Sequence record: SRR31156797_4650
Reading direction: 5' to 3' (one strand)
DNA length: 64,000 bases
The notes under the pieces were generated by a model. The model was not told the origin of the DNA and did no database searches. It saw nothing but the letters and a program-made list of their open reading frames with translations. The translations under genes were made by a program, and so were the position numbers. This document shows, in pieces, positions 29,301 through 37,508 of this stretch (position 1 is the stretch's first letter; each line of letters begins with the position of its first letter).

Positions 29301-30821
29301 CTAGTATGCATGCATGGCGGGGCCATCTTCTTCCATGCTGTCGTCTTCCTCATCAGCGTATTCGTCAGTATCGCCGCCCAAGGTTGCACCCTTTTTAAAG
29401 TCACGGAAGAAACGCGGACAGTCATCGCCACAAACGTATTCTTGTGGAGTAAGATCTCTCCCTTTCAGACCAGGGTAGTCCGGGCCGTAACGAAACGCAC
29501 GATGGATCATGCCCCACATGCTGTCGTCATGGGAAGAGGTGCTCGGGATGGCATCCTCGTCACCCAACACACACTTGGGCTTGCCAAACACAAACGGATT
29601 GACGAATTCCCACACGATTTTCTTGTCCTTGGTCACCTCCATGACGTGTCCACCATGAGTGGAACAAATCAGAGTATTGCCGTTGGGCAAACGCTGTACA
29701 CCGCCCTGACGGTGGGAGGAGAAACTGTTAGTGTGATTAGTGGCGAATTCCCAAACAATCTTACCGGTCTTGGGATTCATTTCCACGGCACGGGAATGAC
29801 GCTTCTCGGGAGCCTCGGAGCCGTTATCGAACATCAGGACATTACCGTTTTCTAATGGAACCGCGCAATGCTGACCCCAAATTTTCTGATCGCCATTGTT
29901 GTACCAACCCGGCTTTTGAGCTTTGGGGTTCCAAGCCGTATCGTTGCCCCAGCGGTATTCAATTTCACCGGTCTTATGATTGATGAAGTAAAATTCGGAC
30001 AGATTACGAGAATTCAACACGATGGTATCGGTATTGGGAATGTAATCGACCGAGTTGAAATGAGACCAGTCAAAAGAGGCATAGATATCACCAACCGGTT
30101 TCGGAAGGACGTAGTTAAAATCCATTTTTTTTGGCCCTTTGCCCAAATGGTCAGTAACGTGCCATTCCCAAACAGTCTTGCCTTTGGAATCAACCTCACG
30201 CACGAAGTCATTCCAAAAGCCTTCATGAGCTGCTCCTTGATGAACCACAGGCTTGGAAGGAATGGTTTTGGGATCTCGTCCTTTCTTGATGGCCTCTTCC
30301 TTGGTCATATATTCCCAACCAAGAATCAAAGTATTGCCGTTAGGCATACGATGAAAGGCATGATGATGCATTTCCTTGTATGGCTTGGCCATTTCGTATT
30401 CCCACACGACATTGCCATCCCAGTCGATTTCCTGAACGATGCCGCACGTACCGCCAATGGCGACATATTTCTTCAAATCTTTTTTGCCCAGTTTCTTGCC
30501 AGTCTTGGCTTCCAACTGTTTTTTCTGATCTATCCGTCCACCACGAAGAAGGTTGCCGTTGGGCAACAATTCGGCATACAGACCAGGAGCATACTCACAG
30601 TCCCAAGTATGAACAATATTTCCTTCCATATCGATGAGATAAGTTGTCTTATTACCGATCATAGGTGAAAAAAGAGTATACCCATCAAAAACCTTGTCAG
30701 CATCATATTTCAAGACGCCAGTGGGTCCTGTAGCAGCCTCATAAGCCTGTGCCGGTACAGCGAGCACAACCGCCAGCATAGCGGCCAGTGCAAATGTGTA
30801 AAAATAGGATTGCTTGCGCAT
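29301..30821 (-). CDS. Periplasmic aryl-sulfate sulfotransferase paralogue 4
   Basis: Signal peptide nearly identical to ASST3; HHHA, DWSHFNS, NSRN, GQHC; GVQRLPNGNTLI; CGDDC and acidic tail. Confidence 0.88.
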   Translation of the reverse strand: MRKQSYFYTFALAAMLAVVLAVPAQAYEAATGPTGVLKYDADKVFDGYTLFSPMIGNKTTYLIDMEGNIVHTWDCEYAPGLYAELLPNGNLLRGGRIDQKKQLEAKTGKKLGKKDLKKYVAIGGTCGIVQEIDWDGNVVWEYEMAKPYKEMHHHAFHRMPNGNTLILGWEYMTKEEAIKKGRDPKTIPSKPVVHQGAAHEGFWNDFVREVDSKGKTVWEWHVTDHLGKGPKKMDFNYVLPKPVGDIYASFDWSHFNSVDYIPNTDTIVLNSRNLSEFYFINHKTGEIEYRWGNDTAWNPKAQKPGWYNNGDQKIWGQHCAVPLENGNVLMFDNGSEAPEKRHSRAVEMNPKTGKIVWEFATNHTNSFSSHRQGGVQRLPNGNTLICSTHGGHVMEVTKDKKIVWEFVNPFVFGKPKCVLGDEDAIPSTSSHDDSMWGMIHRAFRYGPDYPGLKGRDLTPQEYVCGDDCPRFFRDFKKGATLGGDTDEYADEEDDSMEEDGPAMHAY

Positions 30822-30862
30822 TTGTCCTCCTCAAATATTTGTTACAATAGATGCGCTTCTAA

Positions 30863-30878
30863 TCCAACAATCATGCCA
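30863..30878 (-). promoter_or_regulatory. Sigma54 promoter of ASST4
   Basis: Minus strand TGGCATGATTGTTGGA, same distance from the start as in ASST3. Confidence 0.68.
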
Positions 30879-30938
30879 GCACACAAAATGAAAAATTTCA
30901 CAATATTACAAGGTATTACAGCACCGAAAAAGATCACT

Positions 30939-30988
30939 TGTGCAAAATGTCGCGCGGTTTTACCGCACACTGTATAGAGCACCGCACA
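30939..30988. promoter_or_regulatory. Paired enhancer-like sites upstream of ASST4
   Basis: TGTGCAAAATGTCGCGCG (30939-30956) and TGTATAGAGCACCGCACA (30971-30988), offset 32 bp; an extra CCGCACA half-site lies between them. Confidence 0.6.
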
Positions 30989-31000
30989 GGTTGAAAAATA

Positions 31001-32356
31001 TCAAAGATTATAGGTATCGATTTTATCGTAGAGCGTCCGCCGACCAATGCCGAGGATCTTGGCAGCCTTGGAACGATTGCCTTCTGCAACGGCAAGAGCC
31101 TGCCGAATAGCGGAAATTTCAGCCTTTTCAACGGCACTTTTCAACTCAACTGCCTGACTAGGATTTTCGTACTTGTTTTGAGCACAAGGTCTCGCATTGG
31201 TACACAAGGAATCAAGCGTGATACTGTTATCGTCTGAAAGTAGCACTGCGCGCTCAATGACATTTTCCAGTTCGCGAATATTCCCCTTCCAAGGCGAATC
31301 CATAAGCATCTGCATTGCACTCGGGGACAGCTCGGTAACATCCTTGTTGTACCGAGTGTTAAACTTGCGCACAAAGTGATCGACAAACAACAGAAGATCA
31401 TCCTGCCGCTCACGCAAAGGAGGCAACCGTAACGGAATTACCGCCAACCGATAGAAAAGGTCCTTACGAAAATCGCCCGTCTCTACTCCCTCGTCCAAAT
31501 TCCTGCTCGTGGCAGAAAGAAAACGAACGTCGATATTAATAGGAGTGTTGCCACCCACGGGCTTAATCTCCAGTTCCTGAATTGCCCGAAGGAGTTTCAC
31601 CTGCGTCGATGGTGACAATTCACCTATTTCATCCAGAAAGATCGTGCCACCTTGCGCTTCTTCAAGCAGGCCACGTTTGGCACGCGTGGCCCCGGTGAAG
31701 GCTCCCTTAACATGACCAAACAACTCACTTTCCAACAGGTTTTCAGTGAGCGCACCACAATCAATGGTAAAAAAAGGTTTATCTGCACGAGAACTTGCCA
31801 AATGAATCCGCTTGGCAAACATGGACTTGCCAGTTCCGGTCTCGCCCTGAATGAGTATAGGGGCATCTGAACCGGACACCTTATCCACAGTGTTCATCAT
31901 CTGCTGGATAACCGCGTTGTTACCAACGACCATGGCACCTGTCTGATCGTCTTCTTCCTGGGCATTGAAAGATTCCAGCTTACGATGCAACTCACCGTGT
32001 TCGATGGCCCGGCGGGCGAGTAAAGCCAACTCCTGAGTCTTAAACGGCTTGGTAATATAATGGTAGGCACCAAGCTTGATAGCATCGACCGCAGTCTCAA
32101 TGGACCCCGCCCCGGTCATAATGATAAAGGGCAAAATACTATCAATAGTCCGCACCTGCTTGAGCAACTCAAGTCCGCCCATAGGCTCCATGGCAAGATC
32201 ACTGACAATCAGATCGTACATGGTTTCAGAAAGCGCTTTCCACGCCTCCTCGCCGGACGTTGCTGTGTGGACAGTGTATCCTTGACGACTCAAAGACCGT
32301 TTCAAAATGGAAAGCAATTCCTGTTCATCATCCACGAGTAATATTTTATGCAGCAT
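31001..32356 (-). CDS. NtrC-family sigma54 response regulator, paralogue of 22122-23474
   Basis: Receiver, [14 protein letters not shown], Fis HTH; long stretches identical to the paralogue. Confidence 0.95.
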   Translation of the reverse strand: MLHKILLVDDEQELLSILKRSLSRQGYTVHTATSGEEAWKALSETMYDLIVSDLAMEPMGGLELLKQVRTIDSILPFIIMTGAGSIETAVDAIKLGAYHYITKPFKTQELALLARRAIEHGELHRKLESFNAQEEDDQTGAMVVGNNAVIQQMMNTVDKVSGSDAPILIQGETGTGKSMFAKRIHLASSRADKPFFTIDCGALTENLLESELFGHVKGAFTGATRAKRGLLEEAQGGTIFLDEIGELSPSTQVKLLRAIQELEIKPVGGNTPINIDVRFLSATSRNLDEGVETGDFRKDLFYRLAVIPLRLPPLRERQDDLLLFVDHFVRKFNTRYNKDVTELSPSAMQMLMDSPWKGNIRELENVIERAVLLSDDNSITLDSLCTNARPCAQNKYENPSQAVELKSAVEKAEISAIRQALAVAEGNRSKAAKILGIGRRTLYDKIDTYNL

Positions 32357-34298
32357 TGATGTCTTCCTTGTGTCCATATGCGGGAAATTCCAAAATCATA
32401 CGAGTACCTTCCCCAACTTCCGACTCAGCGAAAATCAAACCATCATGGCGCTCAATCATACGACGGGTAATGAACAGGCCCAGACCGAACCCACCCTTGC
32501 GAGATGTAAAAAACGGTTCAAAAATACGTGGCAAATTCTCGCGAGGAATACCCTTTCCCTCGTCCTTGACCTCCAGTCGCACAGTTTGAAGATCGTTCTC
32601 TCCCTGCCGCCAAACCAGAATCTCGATAGAACCAGTCCCGTCCATGCTCGCTAATGAATTGAACAACAAATTCACAATGACCTGTTGTAAAACACGGCTA
32701 TCGCCTCGAATAAAGAGAGGGCCGTCCTCTACGCGAACTTCAATTCTGCTCTTTTTCACTTTGGGACCAAGCAGGGAAAGCGACTCATGAATCATATCGC
32801 CTACATCTATTCTTTTTAAAGAAATGGGTTGGGGAGAGGCTGCTTCAAGCAGTCCCTTGGTTATCTCGCCGGCACGGATAGCGTTCCGTTGAATAGCGGA
32901 CAGCCCTTCTTTCACGCCATCATCCACATCAGCTTCATACAGCAGGTCCTCGGCATTAGCCTGAATAATACCCAAAGGATTATTGACTTCATGCGCCACG
33001 CTTGCCGCCATTTTTCCTATAATTCCAAGCCGCTCAGACTGGATAAGTTCCTCTTCCATACGATTGCGTTCTGTCACATTCCGCGCAAAAAGACATGCAA
33101 GGAGTTCAGTATGCAGCGGCCCTTGAATAACGCGACCAGCAATCTCCACTTCCATTGGATTGCCCGACACACTTTGCATGCTGAATTCGTGCTTGTCGCA
33201 CCCGTCATTAAAAACCTTGGTCAAGAACACCGCTATTTCATCAACATCATCAGGAACCATAATCTGACCAAGATTTACAACGTCATCCTGATCTGGAAAC
33301 AAAAGGAATGATTGAGCACGCTCATTGGCGTGTAAAATATCACCAGCTTCGTTAACCAAAAAAATTACATCAGGAGAAGATTCGATTAAATCACGATACC
33401 GTTGTTCTGTCCGGCGCAAATCGCTGGCGGCCTTGTCCACTCGACGTTTGAGCGAAACATTCCACAAAACAATACCTATAAAAATCAAACCGACTATCGC
33501 CACAGCGATGGCAATATGTTTGGCATAATAAGCAAGGCCGTCCCTTCGCGAATGCTCACCAAACCATTTATCTCGCAACTGAGCCAAATGTCCGGTTTCC
33601 CGCAAGTGCCGCACGGCAGACATCAGGTCAGCAGCAAACTGCCTGTCGTGCCGTGATACAGACAGCCCAAGAGGCACTTCGCCCAAGACCTTCCCTTTTT
33701 TCTCGATATTCGAAAAACCATTCTGATCAATCAGGTAATCCGCCACCCTCTCGGACGGCGCCACAAAAATTTCAACAACACCCTGATCAAGCATACTCAA
33801 GGCTTCAAGCGGAGAGGTCACTTTAATCACATCATTGCCGAACTCGACTTCCGGGCTATAGGGAGCCCCGGTAATCGCCACCACACGCTTGCCAACGAGT
33901 TTATTTGAATTATTAACCACTGGACTCTTCGTGTTGACGAAAAGGTGATTACGTAGGCTGTATCCAAGCGGAATAAAAACAAATGAAGAACGGGAAGACG
34001 GGCGTGATCCGTGTGCCATGAGGTCAAGTTGCCCGTCTGCATACATGCGAGGGTAATCAACCAGACTATCTACAAGAACAAATTCGATATCCGCATCAAG
34101 CAGTTCACCAAGCAAAACCCATTCATCGATGGAATAACCACGAACCCCTTGTTCACCATCCTGCATGGCAAGAAATGAAAATGGTGGAGATATAGCCCGA
34201 ATACCAACCTTGCAAGTCTCACGACACCATGCATTGCCAGCTGAAAAAAACAGAACAAACGCCATAAGGATCAGGCTGAGGTAAACAAAGCGTCGCAT
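32346..34298 (-). CDS. Sensor kinase PBP2-TM-PAS-HK, paralogue of 20185-22122
   Basis: Signal peptide MRRFVYLSLIL; PPFSF, APSERVADYLI, RYRDLIESSPD, SVAHEVNNPL, GFGLGL; start placed at ATG 34298. Confidence 0.9.
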   Translation of the reverse strand: MRRFVYLSLILMAFVLFFSAGNAWCRETCKVGIRAISPPFSFLAMQDGEQGVRGYSIDEWVLLGELLDADIEFVLVDSLVDYPRMYADGQLDLMAHGSRPSSRSSFVFIPLGYSLRNHLFVNTKSPVVNNSNKLVGKRVVAITGAPYSPEVEFGNDVIKVTSPLEALSMLDQGVVEIFVAPSERVADYLIDQNGFSNIEKKGKVLGEVPLGLSVSRHDRQFAADLMSAVRHLRETGHLAQLRDKWFGEHSRRDGLAYYAKHIAIAVAIVGLIFIGIVLWNVSLKRRVDKAASDLRRTEQRYRDLIESSPDVIFLVNEAGDILHANERAQSFLLFPDQDDVVNLGQIMVPDDVDEIAVFLTKVFNDGCDKHEFSMQSVSGNPMEVEIAGRVIQGPLHTELLACLFARNVTERNRMEEELIQSERLGIIGKMAASVAHEVNNPLGIIQANAEDLLYEADVDDGVKEGLSAIQRNAIRAGEITKGLLEAASPQPISLKRIDVGDMIHESLSLLGPKVKKSRIEVRVEDGPLFIRGDSRVLQQVIVNLLFNSLASMDGTGSIEILVWRQGENDLQTVRLEVKDEGKGIPRENLPRIFEPFFTSRKGGFGLGLFITRRMIERHDGLIFAESEVGEGTRMILEFPAYGHKEDINAA

Positions 34299-34367
34299 GC
34301 CGGTCCCATAACGCAAAGAGCCACTATGCACCAGTCCGTACAACGCCCATTTCCCGAAGACAGGGAT

Positions 34368-34395
34368 TTCCCCCGGCATGTCCATACCGGGGGAA
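34368..34395. terminator. Hairpin after the selenoprotein operon
   Basis: TTCCCCCGG/CCGGGGGAA stem; no strong U-tract, so read-through into the kinase gene is possible. Confidence 0.45.
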
Positions 34396-34446
34396 GTCTC
34401 AGGGAGGAGGTATGATGAATCAATATTATTCATCTGGTTATGGTGA

Positions 34447-35145
34447 CTACTTTGCCTGACCAATCAACACGGCCTTATACCCTTTGCCTATGTCATTTCT
34501 GGCATCGGAATAGACCATGATGATATCCATGAACCGACCGGGCTTATTCGGTGTGACTAAGAACTCGACGGGTGCGATCTGCCCGGCTTCGAGTTTCAGA
34601 GAGCCCTGCCAGTACGTTGTTTTAAACTTGCGCGACTTGATTGCCGTCACAATCATGGGCGCGTCTCCAGCATTCTTGATCATGATTTTAGCAGGAGTCG
34701 CCTTACCGTTGCTCAAACCATCTACTGAGGTCTTGCGTGGGGTTACTTCCATAACCCCCATGGGGATCGGCTCAACATAACCAACGATATGAATTATCTG
34801 CTGGTTCGCTTTACTTTCGCCTGTGCTGACCGTCACCGTCTTATCGAATTTTCCCGGATACTTGAACGTGTTATAGCTGATGACCATTCCAACAGATTCG
34901 CCAGGGTTGATGTTGCTCTGTCCCAGAGCAGTTGTGGTGCAACTTCACGACGTCGTCACGTTCTTGATCGTGACAACCTCCTTGCTGACATTGGTGAGCA
35001 TCACCGTTTTGCTGGCAACAGGCCCTTCGATCATGGAACCGAAATCAACCTTCATATCACTGATGGAAACGGGCTGGGCCGCCATTGCCGAAGAGGCAAA
35101 CAGCAAACCGAGCACCAGAGCCATAAGCTGAATTTTCTTGAACAT
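34447..35145 (-). CDS. Predicted periplasmic selenoprotein, DUF1573-like plus second Ig-like domain, 232 aa, Sec at TGA 34945-34947
   Basis: ORF-track pieces 34945-35145 and 34447-34887 are in one frame with no other stop: ...VTIKNVTTS-TGA-SCTTTALGQSNINPGESVGMVISYNTFKYPGKFDKTVTV...; the TGA aligns with the first Cys of the DUF1573 SCGCT motif; SECIS-like hairpin follows; signal peptide. Confidence 0.82.
34912..34944 (-). other. Candidate bacterial SECIS element
   Basis: After the UGA: AGUUGCACCACAAC-UGCUCUG-GGA-CAGAGCA-AC; 7-bp stem with a G-initiated apical loop 21 nt downstream of the UGA. Confidence 0.7.
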
Positions 35146-35154
35146 AGTGAGTCC

Positions 35155-35613
35155 TTACTTTTTCCCGTGAACGAACCGGGATTTCAAACTGTAATCAAAG
35201 TTCTTGTCCTGCCCTTCGGTATGACAGGTGCGGCAATTATCCTCACCGGGCTTCCCGATAATATCCTTGGGGTCCTCGGACTCGGTATGAGCCAACCCCG
35301 GACCATGGCAGGATTCACACTGAACATCCTTGAGTTCAGGGGTCAGTTCCATGTCAATGAAGCCGCCGTCCGCATCCATTGCCACCACGTGACACTGGAC
35401 ACATCCCTGCACCTGTTGCTTTTCCTCGCCCTGCTCCTTGAGGGTCTCGAAAGCGTGCGCATGCGGGGTCGCCTTCCACCCCTCCACGATCTCCGCGTGG
35501 CAGTCCGCACACGCTGTGTACCCCACGTAATCGCCAAAAAGTTCGGCATTGGCAGCCGAAACCAGCGACAAGACAAAGAAAATGGCAACGATGCTGAGCA
35601 CAAGGCGATTCAT
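35155..35613 (-). CDS. Periplasmic tetraheme cytochrome c, c554-like
   Basis: Signal peptide; four CxxCH (CADCH, CVQCH, CESCH, CRTCH); YVG..C..CH......W..T.HA.A and VQCESCHGPG patterns. Confidence 0.9.
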   Translation of the reverse strand: MNRLVLSIVAIFFVLSLVSAANAELFGDYVGYTACADCHAEIVEGWKATPHAHAFETLKEQGEEKQQVQGCVQCHVVAMDADGGFIDMELTPELKDVQCESCHGPGLAHTESEDPKDIIGKPGEDNCRTCHTEGQDKNFDYSLKSRFVHGKK

Positions 35614-35622
35614 GATATATCC

Positions 35623-35925
35623 CTAACAGTTACAAGATGATGCAGGTTCCAAAAACAAGAACTTGCTCAGTTTACGCAATAAGGTGGAATCAATGCCGTC
35701 CACATCAAGCAATTCATCCATATCCACGAACTCTTCATTTTCAGTACGCAACTCGATAATTGCCTCGGCCATGGGCTGATCAATGCCGTCGATGGCAACC
35801 AACTGCTCCACGGTTGCGGTATTAAGATTAAGCTTGCCATCATTGTCACCGGCAAAAGCGGGAACAGAGGCTATGGCAATGGTCAACATAAGGGTCAATG
35901 CGATGATGATATTTTTCATTTTCAT
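35623..35925 (-). CDS. Exported acidic ComEA-like HhH protein with C-terminal CxC
   Basis: Signal peptide; LNLNTATVEQLVAIDGID...AEAIIELR...LLDVDGID; ends EPASSCNC. Confidence 0.8.
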   Translation of the reverse strand: MKMKNIIIALTLMLTIAIASVPAFAGDNDGKLNLNTATVEQLVAIDGIDQPMAEAIIELRTENEEFVDMDELLDVDGIDSTLLRKLSKFLFLEPASSCNC

Positions 35926-35936
35926 ACTCCTAAAGA

Positions 35937-36140
35937 TTACCAGCCGAGATAGTGATGGCTGTACAAAACGGACCAGACCAGACAGGAAACAGTTCCGCTG
36001 GCTATTCCGGAAAACACTTTTTTTGCGAATGATGTGGTGCCCCTATGAGCCTTAAACGCGCCCATATACAAGGCTGCGGAAGACATAAGGACCAACAAAA
36101 CAGCGACCAATGGCAGAATGACGTAGTAGATGCCATGCAT
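35937..36140 (-). CDS. Small two-TM membrane protein, 67 aa
   Basis: GGAGG SD upstream, two hydrophobic segments, 11-12 nt gaps to both neighbours. Confidence 0.65.
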   Translation of the reverse strand: MHGIYYVILPLVAVLLVLMSSAALYMGAFKAHRGTTSFAKKVFSGIASGTVSCLVWSVLYSHHYLGW

Positions 36141-36152
36141 TGTGAAGCCCTC

Positions 36153-36305
36153 CTAGAGCATACCCATGTATTGGCTGATGGTGATAATGGCCATAATTGC
36201 CAAGGCAAAGATCACGCCGAGGCTATCCCGGTCCTGTTCTTCCTGTCCTTTATTGTCCATATAATTGAACCCGGTTTCATCCGTGGTGTGCATATGTCTC
36301 TTCAT
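36153..36305 (-). CDS. Small single-TM protein, 50 aa
   Basis: AAGGAG SD before ATG 36305; MKRHMHTTDETG...LGVIFALAIMAIITISQYMGML; tight operon spacing. Confidence 0.6.
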   Translation of the reverse strand: MKRHMHTTDETGFNYMDNKGQEEQDRDSLGVIFALAIMAIITISQYMGML

Positions 36306-36316
36306 TGTCAGACTCC

Positions 36317-37489
36317 TTAGGCCGGAAGCAGGCCAGTTTTGACGCAAAGCAGGATCACTGCCAACAACAGCGCGATACGAATGAATCCGGCAATACAGGT
36401 GACCAGAAATCCTTTGAAGCCATGCTCACCTATGTCACGGAAGGAAAGGGAAAGCCCAAGAGCACCCGCTGCCAGCGAGAAATCCCACTTGACCATTTCA
36501 AAAATGGCATGATGTGCAGGCTCCTTAAAGACATGCAGGCAGGCCAGCACCCAGAAGAAAATGAACACGCCAAGCCACAACGGGAAAGTCTTGATGCCAC
36601 GGGTGGCACGGACTTCCTCATTATTCCTGTTCCGCAATTTGCGAATGAACATGACGATGAACACATACAGAAAACCAGCGGGCATAATCACATGGCGGCC
36701 AACATCAAACCAGCTTGCCCAACGCCCGGCCTCGTAACTGTTGCCAAAGGCGGCATAAAGGCCTTGTGTGCCGTTACCGACACCGACAACGGATGCCAGC
36801 CCAAAATACTTGGCCGGAATACCGATCAGATCACCCAGAACTGGCAGAAGCTGCATGGCAATTAGGCCAAAGACAATGACACAGACAAAGGCATTGACGA
36901 CCTGACCGCCCTTGGCTTTGATCAGCGGCATGAGAATGGCGCAGACATGAGGATCACCTGTAGACAGGCCACCCGCGATGATAGAGCCATGCCGGTCGTC
37001 CAACTTGAGCAGTCGGGATACCCCCAATGTCACAGAGGCTGTGACAAACAAGGAGCCGGTGCAAATCAAGATGGGGATCAGGCCTATCTTGAAAGCATGA
37101 CCGATCATGAAATGCGGGGCCAGCATGATGATACCTAACGGCATCAACATATGAATGTAGGACAGTCCACGCTTCCAGCTATCCGGCACACCGAAGATGT
37201 TCCCAATAAGCAAACCGAGCAGCAGCGGATTCCAGACAAAGTTAGAGTTCAATATCTGAAAGAAAGGCTGATGGTTCAGCGGACCGATAACTCCGTCAAG
37301 CCATGCAAACAGATTCTGGAGCGTGAACGGATTCGGCACGCCCGCCAAATTGTTACTGAAGATGGCGACAAAGAACATTGCCAGCAGACCGGGCAGCACT
37401 TCCTTGAGGCTGTAAAGCGAACTGAACCAGGATTTCCTGTTCAGATCGTAGTTCAATGTTGCACTCGAAGTATTCATTATATTCCTCAT
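36317..37489 (-). CDS. YeiH/UPF0324 (putative sulfate exporter family) membrane transporter
   Basis: About ten TM helices; VLPGLL, LLLGLLIGN, GIIML, IIAGGLS and AAGALGLSLSFRDIGEHGFKGF resemble YeiH; divergent member. Confidence 0.7.
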   Translation of the reverse strand: MRNIMNTSSATLNYDLNRKSWFSSLYSLKEVLPGLLAMFFVAIFSNNLAGVPNPFTLQNLFAWLDGVIGPLNHQPFFQILNSNFVWNPLLLGLLIGNIFGVPDSWKRGLSYIHMLMPLGIIMLAPHFMIGHAFKIGLIPILICTGSLFVTASVTLGVSRLLKLDDRHGSIIAGGLSTGDPHVCAILMPLIKAKGGQVVNAFVCVIVFGLIAMQLLPVLGDLIGIPAKYFGLASVVGVGNGTQGLYAAFGNSYEAGRWASWFDVGRHVIMPAGFLYVFIVMFIRKLRNRNNEEVRATRGIKTFPLWLGVFIFFWVLACLHVFKEPAHHAIFEMVKWDFSLAAGALGLSLSFRDIGEHGFKGFLVTCIAGFIRIALLLAVILLCVKTGLLPA

Positions 37490-37508
37490 TATTTCTTATA
37501 AATGGCCG

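Noticed and set aside
26362-30668. Long plus-strand ORFs (343, 262, 211, 181 and 266 aa) opposite ASST2-4
   Set aside because: Antisense shadows explained by codon bias of the real genes
34299-34463. N-terminal extension of the kinase ORF to 34463
   Set aside because: Overlaps the upstream gene end and a hairpin; the signal peptide begins at ATG 34298
34447-35145. Reading the 66-aa and 146-aa ORFs as two genes or a pseudogene
   Set aside because: Same frame, a single TGA exactly at a conserved Cys position, a downstream hairpin, and the domain spans the stop; Sec read-through is the better explanation, though unproven
34789-35640. 283-aa plus-strand ORF
   Set aside because: Antisense to the cytochrome c and selenoprotein genes; no recognisable features
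25473-35925. Calling the two HhH proteins comEA (DNA uptake)
   Set aside because: Acidic, lack the GIG-K hairpins, no competence genes nearby; gene symbol withheld
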